Notes: a model not told the origin generated them from the sequence alone. DNA of 64,000 nt from Gemmatimonadaceae bacterium (GCA_051859245.1 JBHYGA010000001.1:896001-960000), one strand, 5' to 3'. Positions 20,695 through 30,980 are shown, counted from the first letter of the stretch. Numbers and translations are program-made.

Positions 20695-21455
20695 CCGCGC
20701 GCATGACCGATCGCTTTGCCGTCGTGGTACCATGCTTTCAGGAAGAGCGCGGGGTGGAGCACACATTGCGTGCGCTCGCCGCACAAACGGATACCGCCTT
20801 CACGCTCGTGTTCGTGGACAATGGCAGCACTGATCGGTCAGTCGAGATTGTGCGTGCGTTTGCGAATGCGCACGCACCGTTTGCGGTGGAGATACTGCAC
20901 GAGCCGGAAAAGGGAACCGGCGCCGCCTCGGATACGGGCTTTCGTTTTGCGATTGCGAGCGGCGCCGCCTGCATTGCACGAACGGATGCCGACTGCCTGC
21001 CCGCTCCGGACTGGATTGCCAAAATCAAGCAGGCACTCCGCAGCGATGGACTCGAGTTTGTTGCCGGTCGTATCGCGCCGCGGCAGGACGAAGGCTTGTC
21101 ACTGCGCGAACGTTTTGTGTTGCCCCTGATGATTGCGCTCGCGGAACGCTATGGCCGTTATGCAAGGCGGGGACCGCAGTTCAAGTATCCCTACTTCATG
21201 GCGGCCGGCAACAACCTGGCGATTACTGCCGATCTCTACGAGCGGGCGGGGGGCTTTCCGCGCACCGCGATCGAAATCGCACATGAAGATCGTGAGCTGT
21301 CAGAGCGTGTTCGTCAACTCACGCATCGCGCGGAGGTGCGCCGCGACATTCTGGTGTATAACTCTGTGCGACGCGTGCGTGCCTACGGATTTGTGAACGT
21401 GCTCCGATGGTATCGCAATCACGGATACCGTCCTGCTGTGGTTGATGTGCGATGA
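20691..21455 (+). CDS. Glycosyltransferase family 2
   Basis: VVVPCFQE, VDNGSTD, TDADC (DxD), GGF and HED motifs. ATGA overlap. Confidence 0.9.
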   Translation: MTARMTDRFAVVVPCFQEERGVEHTLRALAAQTDTAFTLVFVDNGSTDRSVEIVRAFANAHAPFAVEILHEPEKGTGAASDTGFRFAIASGAACIARTDADCLPAPDWIAKIKQALRSDGLEFVAGRIAPRQDEGLSLRERFVLPLMIALAERYGRYARRGPQFKYPYFMAAGNNLAITADLYERAGGFPRTAIEIAHEDRELSERVRQLTHRAEVRRDILVYNSVRRVRAYGFVNVLRWYRNHGYRPAVVDVR

Positions 21456-22675
21456 CGAGCGCGTCTGGTCGGCGTATTGCGTGGCAGGATATGCGCGTGA
21501 ATCTCGCCGCGCACCCGTTCGCGTGGCCAGCGGCGCGTGCGCTGCGCAATCTTGGCGCTGTGGTCCGCGTACCTGGCGTGGGCGTTGTGGTGAACAGTGC
21601 GCTGCTGGCACATGAGGTGCTCTCGCAGGATCGTACGTTTGTAAAGCAAGGGCCCGGTTCAATCGCTGATGCCTTCACCAGGGCGTTCGGACCGAGTGCG
21701 CTCGCCAACATGGACGGCAACAGTCATCGTGAACTGCGGCAGCGATTGGGGCCGCTCGCCAGTAGTGGTCAGGCAGACGCGTGGCTGTCGAGCGCACGCG
21801 CTCCCTTCGAACGCGCGGTGGCGGCGCTCGCGCGCGGTGAGACGGTGGATCTGTCACGCACATCCCGCGAGCTGTCCGGGCGCCTCACCCTCACACTGAT
21901 GGGTGCCATCCCCGACACGCTGGACGCCACCCAGGAAGACGAACTCGATCGTGCGTCCCGCGAGGTGCACGCGCTCGGTGAACGGATCTCGTCATCGTTG
22001 CAGTTGAACGATCTCGCGAGCTCTGTCAGTCCACGCGTTAAAGCAGATCTCAAGCGACTGTTGGCGTATGCCAATGATGCGTTCGCGCGCAATGATCTGC
22101 CGCCGGCGTCACTTGTGGCACGTCTGAAGGCACTCGGGTGCGACGCCGAAGAGACACGTGGTATTCTTTCCATCTTCTTTGTTGCCGGAGCGCTCACGCT
22201 CGGCGTGGCGCTGCCACGTATTGCGGCGCTGCTTATCGAGTCAGGGCAGCTGGACCGCTTACGCAATGATCCGTCGGCCGTTGCGCGCGCCGTTGACGAA
22301 GGGCTGCGATATACCTGTCCCGTGCCAGCCACCATGCGCATCGCGGCGCAAGACGCGGATGTGGGTTCGCTCCGCGTGCGAAAGGGCGAGAGGCTGTTGA
22401 TTCTCACCGCGAATATGTCACGTGACGCCGAGCTGTTTCCGAATCCGGATCGCTTCGACGTGTCGCGCCAGCACGATCCACGCGCGCGTTATCTGTGGTA
22501 CGGGGCGGGACCGCACTTCTGTCTTGGCTTCACACTCGCGCAGCGCACGTTGCAGTATGCTGTGACCGCGCTGGCGGACGTGCCCGGAGCGTTGCGTGTG
22601 GTCCAGCGGCGCTCTGCTCGCGGGGTGCTATTGCCGGCGTGGCTGGAGTTGCACGTGGCGCAGCGACATCCATGA
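21452..22675 (+). CDS. Cytochrome P450
   Basis: ExxR (DEGLR), PDRFD and heme motif YGAGPHFCLG. Confidence 0.93.
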   Translation: MTSASGRRIAWQDMRVNLAAHPFAWPAARALRNLGAVVRVPGVGVVVNSALLAHEVLSQDRTFVKQGPGSIADAFTRAFGPSALANMDGNSHRELRQRLGPLASSGQADAWLSSARAPFERAVAALARGETVDLSRTSRELSGRLTLTLMGAIPDTLDATQEDELDRASREVHALGERISSSLQLNDLASSVSPRVKADLKRLLAYANDAFARNDLPPASLVARLKALGCDAEETRGILSIFFVAGALTLGVALPRIAALLIESGQLDRLRNDPSAVARAVDEGLRYTCPVPATMRIAAQDADVGSLRVRKGERLLILTANMSRDAELFPNPDRFDVSRQHDPRARYLWYGAGPHFCLGFTLAQRTLQYAVTALADVPGALRVVQRRSARGVLLPAWLELHVAQRHP

Positions 22676-24339
22676 GCACGCTCCGCGCCGAACGCACGGA
22701 AGCTTTCGCTTCCGGCGACGAAGCCGCAGATCCGATGACGCCACCGCTGTCGCGCATCGCGCACCAGGCGCGGCGAGATCCACACGCTGTGGCAATCGTG
22801 GAGGTCAACGGCGAACGCGAACTGCGTCGCATTAGCCGTAGCCGTCTCGTAGAGCGTGTGATGCATGTGGCGCGTGGTTTACGCGCGTGCGGCTTTCGAG
22901 CGGGTGATCGCGTGCTCTTCTCTGTGCGCCCGGGCATTGATGCGGTTGTTCTGGTGCTTGCCGTGCACTCCCTTGGTGGTGTGCTGATACCGCAGGATCC
23001 GGGAACCGCAGACGCACTCTTCACGGCGCGCGCTGAACTGCTGCAGCCGCGCTGGGTCATGGCGGAGAGTTTGTTGCTGGTGTCTCCAAGAAGCGTTGTG
23101 TCACGCGTGCTGCGCTGGCGCAACGTAAACCTGGCTCCGCTCGGCGCGGTTCAGGGCGCGCAGCTCGTGCGAACAGGGCCGTGGTTACCAGGCCTTCCGA
23201 AAGCCAAAACACTCGGCGCCATTGAACGCACAGGGCGCCGTGTAACTGCGCTCTCGCACGCGCCGCTGAGTGAGCGCGAAGCCCAGCCTCTGCGCGGATC
23301 ACGCGATGTGTTCACGGAATCGGCCGAGGCGTTCATTGTGTGCACGTCGGGCACCACGAGCGCACCAAAGGCTGTCGTGCACACGCGTGCCTCGCTCCTC
23401 GCAATTCTCCGGGCTACTGAGCGAGAGCTGGCGATGGATTCGTCTCACGTGGTGTACAGCAAGGAGCTGCACCTCGTACTGCCGGCGCTCTCGGTTGGCG
23501 CTCGCGTGCTTATGCCGCGCAATCTTGCATTTGACGGAGCGCGAACGCTTCAAGCCTTTGCAGCGCACCGCGCAACGCACGCGTTTCTAGTCACACGCGA
23601 TTGTCGGGTATTGCTCGATACATGTCTCGCGCAGGCCACGAAGATTCCCGACTCGTTGCAGTCGTTGATGATCGGTGCGGCTCCGGTACGCTCTGCATTT
23701 CTGGCGCGGCTGCGTGAGGTGTTGCCGGCACGCTGCGTGGCGTGGTGCGTATACGGCGCGACTGAGGTGCTGCCGATTGCCCGCGTCTCGCTGGAAGAGA
23801 AGGTTGCGTGGTCAGGCCAGGGCGATTTGGTGGGACGCGCGATTCCCGGTGTGAGTGTGCGCGTTGGCAATGATGGACAGTTACATGTCAAGGGCGAGCG
23901 ATTGTGCGCGGGCTATGTTGGCGCCGAGCCAATGCAGGAATACGCGACCGGTGATCTGGCACGCATGGATGGTGAAGGCATTGTGCTGCTCGGTCGAGCG
24001 AAGGACATGTTGATTCGCGGTGATTACAACATCTATCCCGAACTGTACGAGCCACTGGTCGAGCGCATCGCTGGTGTGCGGCGCGCCGCCATGATCGGTG
24101 ACTTTGACGCGGTGAATGCCGACGAACGTGTGATTCTGGTGGTGGAGCCAGAGCGGGGCACTGATGCCGTCGCGCTTCGTGAGCGCGTGGCAAAAGAGGT
24201 GCGCACGGGTCCGAATCGCCTCGATTCCACCGCGCTACCAGACGAGATCATCGTGCGTTCTCTGCCGGAGTCTGGCCGCTCCAACAAGATTGACAAGGTG
24301 GCGCTACGCCAAGCGGTCGGTGCTCGGTCGTGCGCGTAG
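22672..24339 (+). CDS. Class I adenylate-forming enzyme (OleC/beta-lactone synthetase-like)
   Basis: TSGTTSAPKAV, YGATEVLP, TGDL, GRAKD and terminal NKIDK. ATGA overlap. Confidence 0.85.
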   Translation: MSTLRAERTEAFASGDEAADPMTPPLSRIAHQARRDPHAVAIVEVNGERELRRISRSRLVERVMHVARGLRACGFRAGDRVLFSVRPGIDAVVLVLAVHSLGGVLIPQDPGTADALFTARAELLQPRWVMAESLLLVSPRSVVSRVLRWRNVNLAPLGAVQGAQLVRTGPWLPGLPKAKTLGAIERTGRRVTALSHAPLSEREAQPLRGSRDVFTESAEAFIVCTSGTTSAPKAVVHTRASLLAILRATERELAMDSSHVVYSKELHLVLPALSVGARVLMPRNLAFDGARTLQAFAAHRATHAFLVTRDCRVLLDTCLAQATKIPDSLQSLMIGAAPVRSAFLARLREVLPARCVAWCVYGATEVLPIARVSLEEKVAWSGQGDLVGRAIPGVSVRVGNDGQLHVKGERLCAGYVGAEPMQEYATGDLARMDGEGIVLLGRAKDMLIRGDYNIYPELYEPLVERIAGVRRAAMIGDFDAVNADERVILVVEPERGTDAVALRERVAKEVRTGPNRLDSTALPDEIIVRSLPESGRSNKIDKVALRQAVGARSCA

Positions 24340-25217
24340 CCGTTACTGGTGCGAGTGGTTTCATTGGCGGGCGTGTGGCGCGAACGCTGCAGGCGCGTGG
24401 ATATGAAGTGCAGTCGTTTGGCCGGCGTGACGCAGCGCATCTTGAGCACCCGCTGCCGAACTATCAGCGCTGGGACCTTGCGCATGGTCCGTATGCACTC
24501 GGCGACATGGACGCCGTGGTGCATTGTGCCGCGCACGTGGCTCAGTGGGGAGGCCAGCACGAATTCGAGATGGTGAACGTGCGTGGTACCGAACATGTAG
24601 TCGAGAGTATGCCAGCTGCGGCGCGCATGGTGTATGTGAGCTCCGGCAGCGTTCATCACACCACGCAACCGGACAGCCTGCCACCCTACGCGCGGACTAA
24701 GCAGCGCGGTGAAGCGATTGCACTCAGTCGCGCTGCGAAAGCAGTGGTGTTGCGACCACACATCGTGTATGGTCCCGGCGATACCACGCTCTGGCCACGT
24801 GTTCGCGACGCACGGCGAGGCACGCGACTGCTGGTGCCGGGCAACGGGCAGAATTGTGTGGCTGTCACGCACGTGGACAATCTCGTACACGCTGTAGAAC
24901 GGGCGCTGCATGCGTCGAGTCCCGCCGGCGTGTACAACATCGCGGATGAAACGGCGCCACGCGTGCACGACTTGCTGACCACCATGTTCGCACGCTACAA
25001 CGAACCGGTCGAAATCACGTACATCCCTCGGCCGGTCGCGTGGACCGCGGCGCTGGCACTCGAAGCCGCCTGGACCGTGCTGCAACGCCAGTCGGACCCG
25101 CCGCTTACACGGTATGTGGTGCAAAGTCTGGCCGATCCGTTTCCGCTTGATATCAGCGCCGCCAAAGCTGTGCTGCAGTATGCGCCGCACTACACGTACC
25201 GTGATGGGCCACTGTAA
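24330..25217 (+). CDS. NAD-dependent extended SDR / 3-beta-HSD-like reductase (OleD-like)
   Basis: TGASGFIG, VHCAA, YARTK (YxxxK) and LRPHIVYGPGD. Confidence 0.85.
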   Translation: MRVAVTGASGFIGGRVARTLQARGYEVQSFGRRDAAHLEHPLPNYQRWDLAHGPYALGDMDAVVHCAAHVAQWGGQHEFEMVNVRGTEHVVESMPAAARMVYVSSGSVHHTTQPDSLPPYARTKQRGEAIALSRAAKAVVLRPHIVYGPGDTTLWPRVRDARRGTRLLVPGNGQNCVAVTHVDNLVHAVERALHASSPAGVYNIADETAPRVHDLLTTMFARYNEPVEITYIPRPVAWTAALALEAAWTVLQRQSDPPLTRYVVQSLADPFPLDISAAKAVLQYAPHYTYRDGPL

Positions 25218-25222
25218 CTGAT

Positions 25223-26131
25223 CTACCGCTGGCAGTTCGCGCAGAACACGGTGTTGCGTCCATCAATGGCGTGTGTCGCAATCAAACGTTTGCCGCAGCG
25301 AGCACACGGTGCGCCTTCTCGCCCGTACGCCAGCAGCTGTCGTACAAAGTCTCCGCGCTCTCCACTCGCATCCCGATAATCACGAAAGCTGGTACCACGC
25401 GCTGCGATGCTTGCCGTCAGGATCTGGCGCAGCGTGCTGTGCAACCGCAGCCATTCGTGTGCTTCCAACGAACGCGTTTCACGCGACGGATCAATCTGTG
25501 CGGCCCACAGTGCTTCTGTGGCGTAGATGTTCCCCACGCCAGCCAATCGGTGCTGATCCATGAGCGCCGCCTTGATCACGCGCGTGGAGTCACCGAGCGC
25601 GGCGCGAAGATCCGCAGCAGTAAAATCTGCGTCGAGTGGTTCGGGACCGAGAGCGCGTTCGTACTCGGCAAATCGCGCCCGATCCATCCACGATACGGTG
25701 CCCAGTCGCCGTACATCACGGTAGTGCAGGGCGCGACCGTCGTGCAGCGTGAAGGTGACGGTGAGATAGTCGGCGAGACCTTCAGGAAGTGTGCCGTCGT
25801 CGACCAACAGCGAGCCGGTAAACCGCGGTTGCACCACGACGTGGCCGGCGAGCAGCAAATCGCTACCGGCGCCCGACGCTCCACCAGCACCTGACCGTCC
25901 GGCAACACCAGTCGCCGCAGCGCCATCTCGTCCAGCCAGATCAAGCACGATCAACTTGGCGCGTCGCCACACGGCGGCAATCGTGCAGTCGCTGACGTGT
26001 TGCGCCAACTCGCGAACCGTCGCGCCGCGCAAAACATCCTCGCGCTCCACGTGTACGCCGCGAACACTCGCCCCGCGTACCCGTGCTTGCAGATCGCGCG
26101 CAATTGTTTCCGTTTCCGGCAACTCCGGCAT
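25223..26131 (-). CDS. mutM: Formamidopyrimidine-DNA glycosylase
   Basis: N-terminal PELPE, GVGNIYATE and C-terminal zinc finger CARC...CANCQ. Confidence 0.95.
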   Translation of the reverse strand: MPELPETETIARDLQARVRGASVRGVHVEREDVLRGATVRELAQHVSDCTIAAVWRRAKLIVLDLAGRDGAAATGVAGRSGAGGASGAGSDLLLAGHVVVQPRFTGSLLVDDGTLPEGLADYLTVTFTLHDGRALHYRDVRRLGTVSWMDRARFAEYERALGPEPLDADFTAADLRAALGDSTRVIKAALMDQHRLAGVGNIYATEALWAAQIDPSRETRSLEAHEWLRLHSTLRQILTASIAARGTSFRDYRDASGERGDFVRQLLAYGREGAPCARCGKRLIATHAIDGRNTVFCANCQR

Positions 26132-27412
26132 TTACGCCTGCCGCTCGTGCTCCCGCCATCCGATATCGCTGCGGTACTGCTTATCCGCCAGCTCCACGGC
26201 CTCCGCGCCTTCGCGACTGATCGTGCGCGCTTCGTCGAAGGTTGCGCCAATTCCCGTCACGGCAACAACACGGCCGCCGCTCGAGACAAGTTCGCCATTG
26301 TCCGCACGCTTGGTGCCGGCGTGAAACACGCGTCGCGTGTCGGTGTCGTCAGGCAAACGAATCACATCACCGGTGCGTGGCGTCTCTGGATAATTCGCGG
26401 CGGCAACAACGGTGGTTACCGACGCACCGGAGCGCCACGTGAGCGGCGACATGTTGTTGATCTTTGCACCGCGCGCAATCGCCAGCATCGGATCAAGCAA
26501 GCTGCTGGTCAGCATCGGCAAAATTGCCTGTGTCTCCGGATCACCAAAGCGGCAGTTGAATTCCACTACCTGCGGCCCTTCTTCGGTGAGCATCAGGCCA
26601 GCGTACAACAATCCCGTAAACGGCGTGCCGCGCTTGCGCAGCGCGTGCAGCGTGGGCAGCAGAATGCGTTCGGTCACATCTTCGAGCAGCGCGGCTGTGC
26701 CGAGCGATACCGGGGTGTATGCACCCATGCCGCCGGTATTCGGACCGTCATCACCGTCAAGCAGACGCTTGTGATCCTGCGCTGGAATCATGGTGAGCAC
26801 ATCGGTGCCGTCCGTCATTGCAAAGAGCGACAACTCTTCGCCCTGCATGAAGGCTTCCACCAGGCACTCATCGCCGGCGGCACCGAACGCTTTGTCTCCC
26901 ATGATGCGATCAATCGCGGCGTGTGCTTCAGCATCCGTGTTACACACAATCACGCCTTTGCCGGCCGCGAGCCCTGACGCCTTGATCACAACGGGTGCCG
27001 CGAATCGTTCATTCACCGCGGCATGCGCACCGGCCGCGGTGCGATGCGTCTCCGCGCGCGCGGTGGGGACACCCGCGCGCTCCATCAGCGACTTGGCCAC
27101 GTGCTTGGATGTTTCGATCTGCGCCGCTTCATACGTGGGCCCGAACGCGGGAATGCCGCGCAGCCGCAACCGATCGACCAGACCTTCGGCGAGCGGTGCT
27201 TCGGGCCCTACGATCACGAGATGTACCTGCTCGTCGGCTGCAAACGCCACGATGTTGTCGCTGTCCGTGACCGGAATCGGTACCACGCGCGCGAGCGATG
27301 CGAGGCCCGGATTTCCAGGCGCCGCAATCAGCTCGAACGTTGTGTTTTCCCGGAGCAGCGTATCGGCGATCGCGTGTTCGCGACCGCCGTTTCCAATCAG
27401 AAGAATCTTCAT
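26132..27412 (-). CDS. purD: Phosphoribosylamine-glycine ligase
   Basis: GNGGREHA, GLAAGKGV, QDHKR, GPNTGGMG and EFNCRFGDPE. Confidence 0.98.
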   Translation of the reverse strand: MKILLIGNGGREHAIADTLLRENTTFELIAAPGNPGLASLARVVPIPVTDSDNIVAFAADEQVHLVIVGPEAPLAEGLVDRLRLRGIPAFGPTYEAAQIETSKHVAKSLMERAGVPTARAETHRTAAGAHAAVNERFAAPVVIKASGLAAGKGVIVCNTDAEAHAAIDRIMGDKAFGAAGDECLVEAFMQGEELSLFAMTDGTDVLTMIPAQDHKRLLDGDDGPNTGGMGAYTPVSLGTAALLEDVTERILLPTLHALRKRGTPFTGLLYAGLMLTEEGPQVVEFNCRFGDPETQAILPMLTSSLLDPMLAIARGAKINNMSPLTWRSGASVTTVVAAANYPETPRTGDVIRLPDDTDTRRVFHAGTKRADNGELVSSGGRVVAVTGIGATFDEARTISREGAEAVELADKQYRSDIGWREHERQA

Positions 27413-27464
27413 AGCCGACACAGCGAATTAGGGGCGTGACCTCACGTCCGAGGCCACGCGAAAC

Positions 27465-28502
27465 CTAATCCGTCTTTGGCGGCGGCGCGTCGTCTTCTGC
27501 AGTCGCTGTAGCGGCTCCACCGGTGGCCGCGCGGAAGGCTTCGGCGAACGCGTCGGCCGCCTTGGTGATCACGTCTGAGACGCGGTCGGCCGCTGCGCGC
27601 GCTTCACGGGCGTAGTAGTCGGAGGCTTCGCGCACATCGTCGCCAAGCGGACGTGCGGCTTCCTCACCACGACGAACGTACGCGCCACCAACAATGCGGC
27701 TGTACTCGCCCGCCTCAACCCAGCGATCCAGCTCGCCTACACGAACCGTGTGGAACGGATGGACGCGCAACGCGGTGTTGAGTGCCTTCAGCACCGCGTC
27801 CCAGCTCGTGCCACCGATTTCGTACTCACGCGCCTGCGCGATGTAGGCATCAAGGTCTACCGTGTCGTTCACCACCTTGCCACCGGCGAGTGACAGAAAT
27901 GCACCCATTGACGCGCGTACGTTCTGCGAGCCGAGCAGTCCCGCGCGATCCGCCGACAGCTCTGACTTGCGATACCACTCGAGCAGCGCCAGCTGGAACG
28001 GTAAGAGTGCCACCGTGGCCACAATCGGCAGGGCCTGCAAACCGAACGTCATCACGATGATCGCAATGGTACGATACGTGGTGTGTCCGCTCATGATATG
28101 ACCGAGCTCGTGCGCCAGAATGAAACGCTGCTCCTCGTACGAGAGGATCTCGAGCGCGCCCGAGTTGATCACAATGAACGGCTTGTCAAAGCCCACGGCG
28201 CCGGCGTTCGCGAGAGGCGTTTGCGCCACGTATAACTGGGGCGGCTCAAGACCGGCGTTTGGCCAGTCGAGCGTTTGCAACACTTCCTGATACAGCGCGT
28301 ACAGATTCGGACGCTGTGTGGGGCCCACGAGCACCGCGTCGCCGAGGAAAAGATTGCGGATGCCGCGTTCGCCAAAAATGCCGGCGATCTTTCGCACGGC
28401 GAGATCAAAGCCGGGCAGGGCGCGCAGTGAATTGAGCGCCGCGCGGTCAGCCGGGTGCTCCCAACTGACGGATGCGATCTGAGTGAGCGGTACTTGGGTC
28501 AT
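27465..28502 (-). CDS. M48 family Zn metallopeptidase
   Basis: HELGH, ELSADRAG and HPF motifs. Confidence 0.88.
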   Translation of the reverse strand: MTQVPLTQIASVSWEHPADRAALNSLRALPGFDLAVRKIAGIFGERGIRNLFLGDAVLVGPTQRPNLYALYQEVLQTLDWPNAGLEPPQLYVAQTPLANAGAVGFDKPFIVINSGALEILSYEEQRFILAHELGHIMSGHTTYRTIAIIVMTFGLQALPIVATVALLPFQLALLEWYRKSELSADRAGLLGSQNVRASMGAFLSLAGGKVVNDTVDLDAYIAQAREYEIGGTSWDAVLKALNTALRVHPFHTVRVGELDRWVEAGEYSRIVGGAYVRRGEEAARPLGDDVREASDYYAREARAAADRVSDVITKAADAFAEAFRAATGGAATATAEDDAPPPKTD

Positions 28503-28599
28503 GGCGGCTCGGGCTGGAGGTTTCCTAGCCCTACGCCACAACGGCCAGAAGGTTGCGACCGCCCGCGGGAAAATCCGGCGGGCGGCCGACATCGCATCA

Positions 28600-29763
28600 C
28601 TACGCCAGCGCCTGCTCCAGATCCGCGATCAGATCTTCCACGTCCTCTACACCGCATGACAGGCGGATCATGCCATCGGTCAGTCCCATCTCGGCCTTCA
28701 CATCCGCGGGCACGGACCCGTGTGTCATGCTCGCCGGGTGGCTGATCAGGCTCTCCACGCCGCCCAAAGACTCGGCCAGGGCGAACACCTTCACCTTCTC
28801 CAGCACCTGCGTGGCACGGGCCATGGTGCCGAGCTCGAGCGTAATCATGCCGCCAAAGCCGCTCATCTGGCGCGCTGCCAGTTCGTGCTGCGGGTGCGAC
28901 TCGAGCCCGGGATAAATCACCGACTCGTGCCCGAGCCGCTCGGCGAGCCAACTCGCGATCTGACGGCCATTTGCGTCGTGCTGCTTCATGCGCAGCGGCA
29001 GCGTCTTCGTGCCACGCAGCGCCAGCCAGCAATCGAAGGGTCCGGGCACGGCGCCAGCGGCGTTTTGAATGAATTGCAGGCGATTTGCCAGATCGTCCTC
29101 AAGAACCACTGCGACACCGCCGATCATATCAGAGTGACCGTTCAAGTACTTGGTCGTGGAGTGCCACACGATATGCGCGCCCACTTCGAGGGGACGCTGG
29201 AAAATCGGCGTGGCAAAGGTGTTGTCGACAACGAGCAGGGCATCGTGCTTTTTCGCGATCTCGGCCATGGCGGCGAGATCGGCCAGTCGCATCAGCGGGT
29301 TCGTAGGAGTTTCGATCAGCAGGGCGCGGGTACTTGCCGTCATCGCGTCCGCCACACGCTGCGCATCGCGTGTGTCCACATAGGTGAAGGACAAGCCGAA
29401 ATGACGCAGGATCTTGTCGAACAGGCGGAACGTGCCGCCGTAGACATTTTCGCCAACGACGATATGGTCGCCGGCGCGGAAGAGCTTCATGATCGAATCG
29501 AGACAGCCCATGCCGCTGGCGAAGGCGAAGCCATGCTGCCCGCTCTCGAGCGTGGCGACATTGCGCTCCAGCGCCTCACGCGTAGGATTCTTTCCACGGG
29601 CGTATTCGTAACCCTTGTTCCGTCCGACCCCGTCCTGCACGTAGGTCGAGGTCAGGTAGAGCGGGGTCATGATCGCGCCCGCGTGGGGTTCGGGGCGCTG
29701 GCCCGCGTGAATGGCACGGGTAGCGAGTCCGGCCTCGAGATCGTCAGCAAAGATGCGCGTCAT
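28600..29763 (-). CDS. Cystathionine gamma-synthase/lyase (Cys/Met metabolism PLP enzyme)
   Basis: YARGKNPT, ETPTNP, DNTF, STTKYLNGHSD and AESLGGVESL. Confidence 0.92.
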   Translation of the reverse strand: MTRIFADDLEAGLATRAIHAGQRPEPHAGAIMTPLYLTSTYVQDGVGRNKGYEYARGKNPTREALERNVATLESGQHGFAFASGMGCLDSIMKLFRAGDHIVVGENVYGGTFRLFDKILRHFGLSFTYVDTRDAQRVADAMTASTRALLIETPTNPLMRLADLAAMAEIAKKHDALLVVDNTFATPIFQRPLEVGAHIVWHSTTKYLNGHSDMIGGVAVVLEDDLANRLQFIQNAAGAVPGPFDCWLALRGTKTLPLRMKQHDANGRQIASWLAERLGHESVIYPGLESHPQHELAARQMSGFGGMITLELGTMARATQVLEKVKVFALAESLGGVESLISHPASMTHGSVPADVKAEMGLTDGMIRLSCGVEDVEDLIADLEQALA

Positions 29764-29900
29764 GGCAAACTGGGCGTGGTGCGAGGAGGGAAGAAGGATC
29801 GTGTGGAAGCTAGCCGACGGTTCGTCTGGTCGCAGGCCGACACGCGTTTTGACCCGCCTCCCGCGGCCTGATGTCTTCGATTTCCCGATTCCGCGATCCG

Positions 29901-30980
29901 ATGTCGGCTCCTCCGGTTGATACGCGTCCCCGCTGTCTCATCGTCGACGATGAGGCGCCGCTTCGTGCCGTGCTGCGTCGTATTCTCGAGCAGCAGGGAT
30001 TCCATTGTCGTGATGCGGCGTCGGGTGTCGACGCGGTCACCGCGCTGGAACAGGAACCGGCGTGTCTGGTGCTCTCCGACTACCACATGCCCGAGATGGA
30101 CGGCGTGGAGTTGCTGCGCACTATTCGCGATCGCTGGCCCGACACCGCGGTGGTGATGGTGACGGCCGTGTCCGATGTTGAACTCGCCGTGCAGTGTCTC
30201 GCCAACGGCGCGATGGATTACGTGACCAAGCCGTTTCGCGTGGAAGAAATTCGCGGACGTGTTGGCCAGGCGCTTGAAAAGCGCGAACTGTTGCTTGAGA
30301 ACAAAACGTATCGCGAAAATCTTGAAGCCCGTGTGCAAGCGCAGGCGCGTGCGTACGAAGAGCTCTTTCTCGCATCGCTGCAGTCGCTCGCCGACGCACT
30401 CGAAGTGAAAGATCCGTACACCTGGGGACACTCGGTGCGTGTTGGGCGTTATGCGATGGCTATTGCGATCGAACTGGGGCTCGACGAACAGCAGCTTGTG
30501 CAGATCGAACTCGGCAGTCGTTTGCACGACATCGGCAAGATTGGGGTGCGCGAAACGGTGCTGAACAAAGACGGTCCACTCACCGACGAAGAGTACCATC
30601 ATGTGATGGAGCATCCGGTGATCGGCTGGCGCATTTTGTCGCCGCTCTTGCGCGACGCACCGCACGCGTTGTCGGTGGTACGCTCGCACCACGAACGTTT
30701 TGACGGACGTGGTGCGCCGGATCGTTTGGTCGGCGATGCGATTCCCGTAGAGGCACGCGTAGCGGCTGTGGCAGACTCGTTCGACGCGATGACAAGCGGA
30801 CGCCCGTATCGTGCCGGCATGGCGGTGGAAGACGCGATGGCGGAGTTGGAGCGCTGCGCCGGTTCACAGTTTGATCCGGAGTGTGTGCAGGCGTTCAAGC
30901 GGGCGTTGGCGGCGCGCGCGTTTCCGCTGCCGGACTCGTTTGTGCGACGGCCCACGTCGCGCTCGATGGTGGCGGCCTAA
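29901..30980 (+). CDS. Response regulator with HD-GYP c-di-GMP phosphodiesterase domain
   Basis: REC domain (VDDE, SDYHMP, KPF), then HSVRV, HDIGK, HHERFDGRGAP and RPY. Confidence 0.92.
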   Translation: MSAPPVDTRPRCLIVDDEAPLRAVLRRILEQQGFHCRDAASGVDAVTALEQEPACLVLSDYHMPEMDGVELLRTIRDRWPDTAVVMVTAVSDVELAVQCLANGAMDYVTKPFRVEEIRGRVGQALEKRELLLENKTYRENLEARVQAQARAYEELFLASLQSLADALEVKDPYTWGHSVRVGRYAMAIAIELGLDEQQLVQIELGSRLHDIGKIGVRETVLNKDGPLTDEEYHHVMEHPVIGWRILSPLLRDAPHALSVVRSHHERFDGRGAPDRLVGDAIPVEARVAAVADSFDAMTSGRPYRAGMAVEDAMAELERCAGSQFDPECVQAFKRALAARAFPLPDSFVRRPTSRSMVAA

